Positions 1-9,885 of a stretch of DNA of 64,000 nucleotides are shown here, one piece after another (the stretch's first letter is position 1; each line of letters opens with the position of its first letter). The notes under the pieces were generated by a model. That model was given only the letters and a program-made list of their open reading frames with translations, had not been told where the DNA came from and did not search any database. The position numbers were made by a program, and so were the translations under genes. Source of the DNA: Candidatus Latescibacterota bacterium (GTDB taxonomy: Bacteria > Latescibacterota > UBA2968 > UBA8231); NCBI GenBank assembly GCA_965248265.1, contig CBDFJF010000002.1:2624001-2688000 (forward strand). The letters are read 5' to 3'.

Positions 1-382
1 TGGCAATGCTGACCACGAAAACGACCTTCTCCGTCCTCGCCACTTCGGCGAGCGCCAGTCCGACGGCTGAGCTCAGGGAGCCCACGAGCACGTCCACGTC
101 CTCCTTGGTGATCAATTCCTTTGCAGCTGCTGAGGCGGTCGCCGGTTTGAGTTTGGTGTCGCGAGCGACCGTGACAAGCTGCCGCCCCAGCAGGCCTCCG
201 GCGGCGTTGATTTCCTCGACAGCCATGTCGTGTCCGATCAGCGCGGGAACGCCGAAGACGGCGGCGCTGCCCGACGTCGGATAAAGGGCTCCGATCTTGA
301 TCGGCGCTGCTTCGTCTGAGGAAACAGCGGCCGTGATAAGGAAGAGGAAGATCGAGAGTGCCGCAGGTACAGCTTTTGTCAT
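1..382 (-). CDS. ABC transporter substrate-binding protein, LivJ/LivK (branched-chain amino acid) type; 5' part only, runs off the window edge
   Basis: Not in the ORF track. Manual translation from ATG 382 gives MTKAVPAALSIFLFLITAAVSSDEAAPIKIGALYPTSGSAAVFG...AVEEINAAGGLLGRQL...DVDVLVGSLSS, i.e. a signal peptide plus the typical N-terminus of this periplasmic binding family. Confidence 0.85.
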   Translation of the reverse strand, partial: MTKAVPAALSIFLFLITAAVSSDEAAPIKIGALYPTSGSAAVFGVPALIGHDMAVEEINAAGGLLGRQLVTVARDTKLKPATASAAAKELITKEDVDVLVGSLSSAVGLALAEVARTEKVVFVVSIA

Positions 383-575
383 GGCTCGACTCTGTGTCGC
401 AATGATGGGCGCTGTTCGGGAGACTCAGGCGGGCGAATATACCCAAGGTTGCAGCGTCTCTCAACTGATGACCTGGTGGCGGATCCGCTGCAATACGACG
501 ATCTTTCTGACAACCCGCAGCATCAAGAAGCTGAGAGATTCGATGCGGCGATCCATTCAGCAGGCCGTTGCCATC

Positions 576-1682
576 ATGGGTAGATTTCGCACCAAGAACC
601 AGGACTATCAGTCGCAACCACCACCGTACCTGTTCAAGGGTGTCGTCCTGCGAACCTTCATTCTCAAAGCGCAGTACGATGCTCTTGCAGAGGTCTGCGC
701 CGAATTCCTCAACAGCGTTGCGATCCAGCACGACAAGGAATTCCGTTGGACTCCGTTGATGTCTACCGACGGCAGTGGACTGGTCATGCTGCAGATCGTC
801 ACCTACGAGCACATGTCCAGTCTCCATGATCCCGACCTGGGCTACACCACACAGAAGGAGTGCATATTCTCGATACCGATTGTCCAGGAGAATCCGGCGG
901 GCGTTCCCGTGGACATGGCCATGTATGCGCCCTATTGCTTCGTCGATAACGACTGGTCAGTGATCGGGGGCAGGGAGGTACTTGGATATCCCAAGCTGGA
1001 TGGCTGGTTCGACATTTCCGAGGATCCAGACGACTACGGCATTCAGGTAGAGGCCAACGTCATGGCGCAGCTCACAAAGAACTGCAGACTGGAGAAGCAG
1101 CCGGTGGTGGTAATTGAGCGAGACAACAGCCTGGTTGCCCCTGCGTTTTCGGGCCAACTCCAAGGGTTGTGGCCATTTGGCCCGGTCGACGAACTCTACA
1201 AGTCGGGAATCTGCGAAGTTGAGGATGATCGCATCCTGGACTCGCTCAGTCGACATGCCGGCATCAGCCAACCTGCAGTGGCGTTGAAACAGTTCAGGGA
1301 TCCGGTGATAGCCGAAGTAGCCTGCTACCAGGCTCTCATGGGCTTCATGTTCAACATCAAGAAGTTCCATGGCAGCAACACCTTGCCCCTCGCACCCATC
1401 AGCCTGCCCGAGTACGACAGCCTCAGAATAGCCCGCAACCTGGGCTTGGGGCACTCGCCGACTCCCGTTTGGGCGCATTGGTACAAGGCTGACTTCACGC
1501 TGACTGACGCTGAGGCTCTCAGTGCGACACCGACCCTCGGTGCGGCCTACGAGAATCCGCTGACAACCGATGGGTTTGGACAATACATCAGCGATGTCCA
1601 GGGGCTGTACTCGCAAATGGCACGCAGTTACATAGACCTTACGACGCAGTGGTGGAAGAGCTGGTTGCAGCCGCCCTTGTGA
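576..1682 (+). CDS. acetoacetate decarboxylase (ADC)-superfamily protein, paralogue 1
   Basis: Schiff-base lysine motif YCFVDNDWSVIGGREVLGYPK; also LKQFRD and ACYQ. Start moved to ATG 576 (MGRFRTK) because it aligns with the paralogue start and avoids overlap with the divergent binding-protein gene. Confidence 0.75.
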   Translation: MGRFRTKNQDYQSQPPPYLFKGVVLRTFILKAQYDALAEVCAEFLNSVAIQHDKEFRWTPLMSTDGSGLVMLQIVTYEHMSSLHDPDLGYTTQKECIFSIPIVQENPAGVPVDMAMYAPYCFVDNDWSVIGGREVLGYPKLDGWFDISEDPDDYGIQVEANVMAQLTKNCRLEKQPVVVIERDNSLVAPAFSGQLQGLWPFGPVDELYKSGICEVEDDRILDSLSRHAGISQPAVALKQFRDPVIAEVACYQALMGFMFNIKKFHGSNTLPLAPISLPEYDSLRIARNLGLGHSPTPVWAHWYKADFTLTDAEALSATPTLGAAYENPLTTDGFGQYISDVQGLYSQMARSYIDLTTQWWKSWLQPPL

Positions 1683-1707
1683 CGTTGGCAGGAGACTCAG
1701 CAAGGTC

Positions 1708-2835
1708 ATGGAAAGATATCGCTACCAGGACATCGTCAATCCGTCCACGCCACCGCCGTACAAGTTCGACGGTGTTATCCTGCGCAGCTTCATTCTCAAA
1801 GCGAAATTTGCCAACCTGCAGGGGATCTGCAAGGAATATCTCAACAGTGTTGCGACCGAGAACCGCAAGGGATTTCTGTGGATACCATTGAGCACGATGA
1901 ATGGCGTTGGACTGGTGATGCTGCAGATTGTCACCTACAAACGGATGAGCAACCTGCAGCGTCCCGACCTCGGCTACGTCTCGCAGTCTGAGTGCATTTT
2001 CTCGATACCGATTCTCCAGGAGCACCCCAAGGGCATTCCGGTGGCCATTGCCACATTCACACCCTATTGCTTCGTGGACGACGGCTGGTCCATGGTCAGC
2101 GGCAGGGAGGTATTGGGATATCCCAAAACGGAAGGCTGGTTCCAGATCCCGGCTGATCCCCGGGCCACCGGTATCAAGGTGGAGGCTGACGTCATGCCCA
2201 CCCTGGGCAAACAGAGTAAGCTGGAGAGGCAGCCCGTAGTAGAAATCGATTCGGCCGATGAACAGGTCGTCGCTCAGCCGGCACCGGCACCGGCAACGGC
2301 CAGCGGGCAAGAACTATCATGGCCGTTCGGCCCGGTCAACGATCTCTACAGGTATGGCTCTCACAAAGTAGCGAGCAATATCCTGCCGTTACTCGATCGA
2401 CATGCCGGCAAGAGCCAACCGATAGTGACGTTGAAACAGTTCCGCGATGCGACGGAGGTTGATTCGGCCTGCTACCAGGCGATTAATCATTTTTCGATCA
2501 ATCTGACGAGATTCGAGGATGGAGGAGCTCTGCCGAAGGCGCAGGTCCATCTCCCAGACTACGCCAGTCTCAAGATCGCCCAGAGCCTGGGTATGGAGAC
2601 TACCGTCACACCCATCTGGGCGCATTGGTTCAAGGCGAACTTCAACCTGCTGGATGTGAACACGATCTGCTCGACCCATCCCTACAACAAGACTACCCCC
2701 CTCCAGCCTGCCGCGGGCTATGGTGATTTATTCAACGAAATCCAGTCACTGTATTTTCAAATGGCCAGTAACTATGTGGACCTCAGCCGCCAATTCCTGG
2801 AAAGCTGGCTACAGCCACCATCCGACAGCGAGTGA
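1708..2835 (+). CDS. acetoacetate decarboxylase (ADC)-superfamily protein, paralogue 2
   Basis: YCFVDDGWSMVSGREVLGYPK, LKQFRD, ACYQ; collinear with the upstream paralogue over its whole length; 25-bp gap. Confidence 0.75.
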   Translation: MERYRYQDIVNPSTPPPYKFDGVILRSFILKAKFANLQGICKEYLNSVATENRKGFLWIPLSTMNGVGLVMLQIVTYKRMSNLQRPDLGYVSQSECIFSIPILQEHPKGIPVAIATFTPYCFVDDGWSMVSGREVLGYPKTEGWFQIPADPRATGIKVEADVMPTLGKQSKLERQPVVEIDSADEQVVAQPAPAPATASGQELSWPFGPVNDLYRYGSHKVASNILPLLDRHAGKSQPIVTLKQFRDATEVDSACYQAINHFSINLTRFEDGGALPKAQVHLPDYASLKIAQSLGMETTVTPIWAHWFKANFNLLDVNTICSTHPYNKTTPLQPAAGYGDLFNEIQSLYFQMASNYVDLSRQFLESWLQPPSDSE

Positions 2836-2845
2836 CAATGCGATT

Positions 2846-5527
2846 TCAGAAGGCTTGAGTCAGTCGCACCACGGCCAGGCGTCCAATCTCGGGCGTGCCG
2901 ATGAACTCCTCGTGCTGATTGTCCAGCACGTTCTGAACTGATACGCTCAGCATCGTGTTCCACTCCGGCCACTGATACGTCCCGAGAAGATCGATCGTGA
3001 AATACGAGTCGACTTCTCCTTTGAACGGGACGGAATCCACCGGGAAACTGCTGGCGTAGCGTGGGCGCAACTCGGCGCTCCAGCCTCTTCCCGAATCCGT
3101 GTACCGCACGCTACCGGAGAGTTTGTGTTTGGGGGCGTTGAGGGCGAGATCGAACGGTTGTTGTGGCAGGGACTTGGCGAAGAAGTCGTCGCTAACGAAA
3201 GAGTAGTTACCGCGCAGTGTCCAGGTGTCATCAGGGAAATAAGTGAATCCGAAATCGACGCCGTACACGGTGATGTCGCCGAAGTTTCGAACGGTGAGCA
3301 GGATGTCGGTCGGATCGCCTTCTTCGGGAGTTACCGTTCCTACCGGGATCGCCGCGATACCGGCTGCCAGTGCGCCCGCCTCAGCCTCTGACATGAACTG
3401 ACTCAAGTACGCCGTCAGTGACGCGGCGTTGAAGAACACATTCGGCGTCAGCACGATCAGTGGATCGAGGAAGTCCTCGTTCTCGCTCCGGTAAAAGTCG
3501 GCCTGCAGTAAGAGCCTGTCGCCAAGCGCCCCCTTGTACCCGACTTCTATGGTGTTGTTGACTGTCGGCTTGAAGGGTTGAATGTCGACGATTTCTTCCG
3601 GCAGGATTGGATCGTATGCCTGGGTGCTGAGATTCAGAACTCCCAGGTCGGTGCTGACGTCTTCCGTTGTCGGCGCTGGCAGCGCCGTCAGGTCGACACC
3701 TACTCCCCCCATCACGGCCACGACGGCATCCCAGCGTGCCGTGGCATCCGCCGGAAGCTGATGGCCGGCGCCTCCTTCGGACACGGGTGTGAATGGCGAT
3801 GTCATGTACATGCCGCCGACACCGCCTGAGACGTCGCGCCGTATGCTCCAGCCCGTCTTCGGGATCCCGCGCAATTGGATGCGGTACGGCAAGCCCTGCA
3901 GATCGGGTGCGATGTTGATATCAACAAACAGCGCCGGCGCGGTCGGCGGCGCGAAAGCCCGATTGAAGGTCGCCCTGAAGGAATGGTTGCTTCGTGGGGT
4001 GAACACCAGAGCAGCACGGGGAGAGAAATTGCGATCTTCGAGCTCGCTGTGATCATCTATGCGGGCGGCCAGTACAGCCTTCAACTCGTCGTTCAAAGCG
4101 GTCTCCGATTGCAGGTAGATCCCGAATTCATCGACGCTGTCATCGTCTTCGTTACGACCATGGATGGTCTGCTTGGTCTCGGGTCGCGTCAGCAGCAGGT
4201 CCAGGCCGTAGGTGAAATGCTGCCGGTCCTTCCAGGTGGTGCTACTGTGCTGTCCCTGAATGACGTACAGCCTGGACTCGTCCAGTACGGTGTCTCCGGT
4301 TCGTCTGGAATAAGTGTCGCCGTCGCCGCTCTGGTTGACGAACGCCTGTACGAAGAGATCTCGGTAGGTAACTCTTCCCTGCAGGTAACTGTACTGCCAG
4401 TCTTTGAGCTCGAAGACGCCGGCGCCGGTCAGTCTGTTGCTGCTATTGCGGCTGGTTCCACTTGAGAGTACCGCCGTCAGCTCCTCTCCGAGGCGCGCGT
4501 CAATCCGGGCATCGAGGTTCAAATTGTCGACGTCGAAGTCCCTCGCGTTGCTGACCAAACCTCCCTGCGCAACTCGCCCCTGCAGCGTCTGCACACCCCT
4601 GATCAAGGAGTCGGGTTCGGCGGCGTCGGTGCTTTTCCAGTCAGTACCCTGGTAGTACTCGCCCGAGACTTTGAAGGCGACCTTATCCGTCAGTACCTGC
4701 GCGTGGCGGAAAGCTCCCGTGACGAAGCTGCGTTCTCCTCCGCCGACGCTGACCATGGTACCGGGATCGTCAAAGGGCGACTTGGTGATAATATGCATGA
4801 CGCCACCGATCGCGTTGGGACCGTAGAGGGCAGACCCGGGGCCGGACACAACTTCGATGCGGTCGATGTCAAGATTGTTGGAAGGGACCAACTCGGCGGC
4901 GTTGAGGTCGAGAGAGGGCAAGCGAGCGTACCGATGGTCCGCCATCATCAGCAGTCGACTGGAGAACACGGCGTTGAAACCGCGGACTACCGTGCGGTAC
5001 TGCCCCAGGCCGGCCGTGGCCACATCGACGGCTGGTACGGCTTTGACGTGCTCGATCGCCGTCAGGGAGGGCCGCTTGGCGATATCTTCACTGGAGATCA
5101 CGGTAACAGCTGCGGGAGCTTCAAGGGCCTTCTCGGGCCGGCGAGATACCGAGCTCACGGTGACTCCTTCGATGGCCAGCGACGTCGGCTTCAAGCGCAA
5201 TTGCAGCACTTCGCTCCGGAGTCCGCTCAACTCAAATGCCGGCAGCAGATAATCCTGGTAGCCGATGTAAGTGACCTTGAGGGTGTAGGTACCCGCCGGC
5301 ACCGCTTTGATTGCGAATTCACCATTCTGGTCACTCATCGCACCCAATGGCTGTCCATCCTGTGTCTGGATCCGGATGCTGGCGCCGATCAGAGGTGAGT
5401 CGGAGTCAGCGTCGAGGATGACTCCACGCAGTGAAACGGTTTCTGCACCGGCCGCACCATGGGTGATGGTGAGGAGCGTCAGCACGATCAGACGAACTGC
5501 GAGACGCAAGGCTCTTGACCTGTCCAT
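2846..5527 (-). CDS. TonB-dependent outer-membrane receptor with N-terminal carboxypeptidase-regulatory-like domain
   Basis: Signal peptide; G.I.D...PLIGASI and GTYTLKVTYIGY domain; plug motif IDRIEVVSGPGSALYGPNAIGGV; C-terminal barrel strand ending in F. Confidence 0.92.
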   Translation of the reverse strand: MDRSRALRLAVRLIVLTLLTITHGAAGAETVSLRGVILDADSDSPLIGASIRIQTQDGQPLGAMSDQNGEFAIKAVPAGTYTLKVTYIGYQDYLLPAFELSGLRSEVLQLRLKPTSLAIEGVTVSSVSRRPEKALEAPAAVTVISSEDIAKRPSLTAIEHVKAVPAVDVATAGLGQYRTVVRGFNAVFSSRLLMMADHRYARLPSLDLNAAELVPSNNLDIDRIEVVSGPGSALYGPNAIGGVMHIITKSPFDDPGTMVSVGGGERSFVTGAFRHAQVLTDKVAFKVSGEYYQGTDWKSTDAAEPDSLIRGVQTLQGRVAQGGLVSNARDFDVDNLNLDARIDARLGEELTAVLSSGTSRNSSNRLTGAGVFELKDWQYSYLQGRVTYRDLFVQAFVNQSGDGDTYSRRTGDTVLDESRLYVIQGQHSSTTWKDRQHFTYGLDLLLTRPETKQTIHGRNEDDDSVDEFGIYLQSETALNDELKAVLAARIDDHSELEDRNFSPRAALVFTPRSNHSFRATFNRAFAPPTAPALFVDINIAPDLQGLPYRIQLRGIPKTGWSIRRDVSGGVGGMYMTSPFTPVSEGGAGHQLPADATARWDAVVAVMGGVGVDLTALPAPTTEDVSTDLGVLNLSTQAYDPILPEEIVDIQPFKPTVNNTIEVGYKGALGDRLLLQADFYRSENEDFLDPLIVLTPNVFFNAASLTAYLSQFMSEAEAGALAAGIAAIPVGTVTPEEGDPTDILLTVRNFGDITVYGVDFGFTYFPDDTWTLRGNYSFVSDDFFAKSLPQQPFDLALNAPKHKLSGSVRYTDSGRGWSAELRPRYASSFPVDSVPFKGEVDSYFTIDLLGTYQWPEWNTMLSVSVQNVLDNQHEEFIGTPEIGRLAVVRLTQAF

Positions 5528-5895
5528 ACGGCACCATGTCTTTCTTTATCCATTTGTGTGATCCAGATCACATTCTCGTTGCCAACTAGTGCTGTGAAAC
5601 CGGTGGCAAGTCAAGGTTTTTCTGTATGTTAGGTCTCTTTAGTTGTCTGTTTGTGGTTGGTTTTGCACGTATTTGTCCTTTGGTGTGGTCTAACTTGCTG
5701 TATTCAATGAAGTTGGGATTAGAAAAAGTGTCGGATCCGGAACTCGAGCGCGCACGACCTAAACCCCGTGTTTTCGGCCATCAAAACGGTCGCATCATCA
5801 TTGCGAGCATTTCACGTTGGCGCTCGTGAACTGATGTTCCAAGTTTAGCTCTCACGAGTCACAAGTTTTCCCAACCAAGCGACCTGAGAACACGT

Positions 5896-8425
5896 ATGTC
5901 CATTCATCCAGAAGCCCGTTTTGGCGTTGATCTCGCCTCCGTCATTGAGTCCCACAGCGTCATCCATCGAGCGCCGGCGCAGATCTGGCAGGACGGGCTG
6001 TATTTGGGCAACGGCGATATTGCCGCCACCGTCCATGGAGGACTCCGACACGCTCGGGTGTTGCTGAACAAGGGTGATATCTGGGACGAACGAGCTGACT
6101 GGTTGGATGGGATGTACGATCCGGCTGACTTCGACTGGCAGGCTACCAAGGATGCGCTGGCCCGGGGTGTCGAGACGGGTGACTGGTCTGGAATGGCCGA
6201 TCTTCCACGACCGGAGCCGAAGCTACCCGAGGGCTCCGGCCGCTCGTTCTCCGGGATTCAGCCAGCCGGTTACCTGGATATCATCGGAGACCTCGCAGGG
6301 GACGGCGCCTTCGAGCAGCGACTATCCTTCTACAGGGCGACGGCGGATTGTTCGTTCACCAGTGGTGACGACCACTTCGGCTACACGGCTTACGCGCATG
6401 CCGACGACAATCTGGTCTGCATCGACATCTCCACCGACGATCCAGCGGCCTGGCCGCTACGCCTGCAGCTGAACCGTGACCTCGCACTCTTTCGATCCGC
6501 CACCCAGCCTGACCCCTACATAGACGATCCAGCGTTTGGTGGTGAGGCCGACATGATGTGGATGACGATGGCTTTCCCGGATGGTTTTGCCTTCGCGGTG
6601 GTGGCACGGGTGCCGGGTCTGCAATTGAAGCTGGAGGTGGCCGGCGACCGGGTCACCGCCGTGCTCCCGCCCGACGCCTCTCGCCGGCAGGTATCAGTTC
6701 GTCTGACGATCGTCACCGGTCAGGGTGCGTCACCGGAAGAGCTGATCGGTCAGGCCAGGGAGAAGCTCAGTGACATAGAAGAGGCCGGTCTGTTGGACTC
6801 ACACCGGGCCTGGTGGGCGAATTTCTGGTCCAGAGGATGGATCTGCCTACCGGACAAGCTCGTTGAGAATTTGTGGTACGCCGAGATCTACAAGATGGCC
6901 TCATGCTCACGCAGGGGTGGCCAGGCCCCGGGGCAGCTGGCTCACTGGTGCGGTTTTCAGGATCCGCCCTGGCGCGGCGACTACCATACGAATATCAACG
7001 TGCAGGAAAACTACTGGCCTATCTATACGGCCAATCGGTCCGAGCTGGGCTGGCCGTTTTACGATCTCTACCTCGGCATCCTCGACTTCATCATCGAGGA
7101 CACGAAGCGTTATACCGGACAACCCGGTGCCCGGTTCGTTAGGGGTCATGGCCGCTCGGGCAGACCCAATGGTCGCGGCGCCGACTGGGAGTTGTGGCCG
7201 GGCGCAGGAGCCTGGCTCTGCGCCCATTTCTGGTGGCACTATCAGTTCACTCTCGATGCGGACTTTCTGCGCGAGTGCTATCGAATGTTCCGGGCATGCC
7301 TCGATTATTTCCTCGCCTATGTCGGGGAACCGGACGAAAACGGCCGCTACAACATCATACCTTCAGTCGCGCACGAGCAGTCCCGGGCGATTTCCGTGCC
7401 CGGCGCCGATGGCAACTGGGGCAAGAACTCCTCCTACGACCTGGGTATTCTGCGCGGTCATCTCATGCGCACGATCACGGCCAGTGAAATCCTGGGTCTC
7501 GATGAGGCCGAGCGCTCACGATGGAAGCGCGTGCTCGACAACCTGGCACCGCTACCGGTGTCGGTGGAAGGCTGGTTCGAGGAATGGCAGGGGGTTAGCA
7601 TGTGGCCGTCGCATCGGCACCTGAGTCCCTTTATACCCGATTTATCCCGGCGAGGAGATTCATGCCGACAGCGATCCGGAGACGGCGCGTATCGGCCGGC
7701 AGTCGGTCCTGCGTTTTCTGGCGCGTGGATCACACGCCTATACCGGCTTCAGCTTCGGCTGGATGGCGGCCTGTGCCGCGCGCATGGACATGGCCGATGA
7801 AGCGCTCAGCTGCATCCGCGACCACATCCGCGCCTTCGTCAACGTCAATGGCTACAGTCTGTTTGGCCCATCGCGATTCCCCGGGTTGGCTCCCTACCCG
7901 GGTGAGCGCCGAGGGGTAGAATGGAAGACGAAGCTCCCCAACTGCGAGTCGGGCGGCAGTTTCTGCGCGGGCATCAATGAGCTGTTGTTGCGCAGTCCCA
8001 GCGGCAACGTTGGCAGCCAACCGCTGATCAAGGTATTTCCCGCGATTTCCGAAATGTGGCCGGATGTGCGCATCTCGCGCCTGGGCGCACAAGGCGCCTT
8101 CCTGGTAACGGCCGAGCGACGGGACGGGAAAACCGCCTACGTCATAATTGAAAGCCAGGCGGGTGCTGCGTGCAGGCTGGTTCACCCCTGGCCCGGTGAA
8201 CCGGTAGTCGTGCGCAGCGGCAGTGCCATGGTCAAACACAGCATCGAAGCCGGCATCATCAGTTTCGCTACCCAATCTGAGTTGTCATACACCATATCCC
8301 CGGCAGACTCCGCGATGGAACAGCTGGAAATGGTTGAGCTGGAGGCCAGCGCAAGCGGCCGGCTTGGCATCGGTGGCCGCTTCGAAGGGATGTCCTGGCG
8401 GGATTTCGATGAGGTGATCGACTGA
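5896..8425 (+). pseudogene. GH95-like (alpha-L-fucosidase family) glycoside hydrolase split by a single frameshift near 7630
   Basis: LGNGDI, DYHTNINVQENYWP and HRHLSP motifs. Removing one T at 7630-7632 restores HRHLSPLYPIYPGEEI and joins ORF 5896-7800 to ORF 7763-8425, which carries the IKVFPAI and RLGAQGAFLVTAE C-terminal motifs. Confidence 0.8.
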
Positions 8426-8426
8426 T

Positions 8427-8669
8427 TCAAGATTCGATCACGATCTCCGAGCGTTCGCAGTTCAGGCCGTTGCACAATCGTGTGACGATCTCCTCCTCTA
8501 CCTCGGTTTCGTTGCCAACGAGGATCTTTGTGAGGCGTTCGTAGCTGATGCCGACAAGATTCACGACCTGATGCTTGAAGAGGTAGTTCTGGCGCAACAT
8601 CACGCTCTTGATTGCCTGGGCGTCCAGAATGGCCATCCTTGTGTGTGCTTCGGCCTTATCGCCGGACAT
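8427..8669 (-). CDS. small Cro/C1 (XRE)-type helix-turn-helix protein
   Basis: 80 aa, VVNLVGISYERLTKIL...IVTRLCNGLNCERSEI pattern; GGAGG RBS; overlaps the 3' end of the upstream kinase-like gene. Confidence 0.6.
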   Translation of the reverse strand: MSGDKAEAHTRMAILDAQAIKSVMLRQNYLFKHQVVNLVGISYERLTKILVGNETEVEEEIVTRLCNGLNCERSEIVIES

Positions 8670-9336
8670 GGTCCTCCATTCTGCTCCGATCGGCTGGTTC
8701 CAGGTGTGGCTGGATCAGGGCCACGAATTCCTCCAGGGTTTGCTGTGGTGTCGTGGAAGACGTGTCGAGCACGAAACGGCGATCAATCAGTGAGCGTTCG
8801 AACTCCTCCTCGAACCGCCCAAGAACGATCTCGATGTCTTGTTCGCGTGGAAAGGGTTGGGGTTGGGTCGTTTCCAACCTTCGTTGGCGGATGACATCGG
8901 CGTCTGCCTTAAGGAAAACGAGCGTTGTGTCCGGTGCCGTCTCCATCACCATGGCGTCATACTTTCGGGCCATGACCTGACGGTCTCCATTCTCGCCCGA
9001 TCCGCCGAAATCGTAGTATAGCGGCCCATAAACGGCGTCGCCGTAGTACCAGCTGACGACACAGTGATCCGGCTTGGCGTAAAAGCTGGGATGGGTGTGA
9101 TAGTGGGCGACGTAGCGCATGTACTTTTCCACAATCTGCGGGTCGTTGAGCGTCAACAGTTTCAGATCAACGTCGACACGCTCCTTCTTCGGGCTCGTGT
9201 CCGCCGGATCCCACGGAAGGAAGTGGTCGTGGAAGCTGGTAGTACAGGATCCCATGGATTGCTCCATCCACTGCCGGATCTGCGCGGCCAGGGTTGTTTT
9301 ACCAGCGTACTCAGAGCCGATGATGATCAGTCGCAT
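8656..9336 (-). CDS. P-loop nucleoside/nucleotide kinase-like protein
   Basis: N-terminal IIIGSEYAGKTTLA Walker A; LVFLKAD..VIRQR lid region; FVLDTS near the C-terminus. Confidence 0.7.
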   Translation of the reverse strand: MRLIIIGSEYAGKTTLAAQIRQWMEQSMGSCTTSFHDHFLPWDPADTSPKKERVDVDLKLLTLNDPQIVEKYMRYVAHYHTHPSFYAKPDHCVVSWYYGDAVYGPLYYDFGGSGENGDRQVMARKYDAMVMETAPDTTLVFLKADADVIRQRRLETTQPQPFPREQDIEIVLGRFEEEFERSLIDRRFVLDTSSTTPQQTLEEFVALIQPHLEPADRSRMEDHVRR

Positions 9337-9450
9337 CGATGATTCTCCCGGTCAAGCTGTTGAGATTCGTGTGTCTTCTATAATAATCCGCCGACCATAC
9401 TCACAAAGGAAGATAGTTACTTATTCAAGCGCGAGGGCTATCGTCAAGCG

Positions 9451-9488
9451 AAAAAACGGCCCTGCAACCGTTGCCGGTGCGGGGCCGC
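9451..9488 (-). terminator. Rho-independent terminator downstream of glnK
   Basis: Minus strand reads CGGCCCCGCACCG-GCAA-CGGTTGCAGGGCCG followed by TTTTTT. Confidence 0.8.
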
Positions 9489-9517
9489 TTAGAATGCACT
9501 GCTCACATCTGGCAGAC

Positions 9518-9856
9518 TTACAGTGCGCTTTCTCCCGTTTCCCCGGTCCGCACGCGAACCGCGTCTTCAACAGGCACCACAAACACCTTGCCGTCGCCGA
9601 TTTCGCCGGTGTTTGAGGCCTTTACGATGGCGTCGACGGCTTGCTGCTTGTCGGATGCTTTGACGGCGATCTCCACCTTGATCTTGGGGACGAAGTCCAC
9701 CGTGTATTCGGCGCCGCGATACACCTCGCGGTGACCGCGCTGGCGACCAAATCCCCTCACTTCCAGCACGGACAGCCCGGCGATGCCAATCGCGGCCAGT
9801 GCCTCCTGGACCTTCTCCAGGGCAGCGGGGCGCAAGTATGCTTCGATCTTGAACAT
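9518..9856 (-). CDS. glnK: P-II nitrogen regulatory protein
   Basis: From ATG 9856 the protein is 112 aa (MFKIEAYLRP...GFGRQRG...YRGAEY...TGEIGDGK...RVRTGETG); T-loop Tyr51 present; directly downstream of amtB. Confidence 0.95.
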   Translation of the reverse strand: MFKIEAYLRPAALEKVQEALAAIGIAGLSVLEVRGFGRQRGHREVYRGAEYTVDFVPKIKVEIAVKASDKQQAVDAIVKASNTGEIGDGKVFVVPVEDAVRVRTGETGESAL

Positions 9857-9885
9857 GGTTGGGTACTCTCCTTCCTCACTTCTCT

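Noticed and set aside
297-575. 93-aa N-terminal extension of the first ADC-like ORF
   Set aside because: Overlaps the divergent substrate-binding protein gene and has no counterpart in the paralogue; true start is probably ATG 576.
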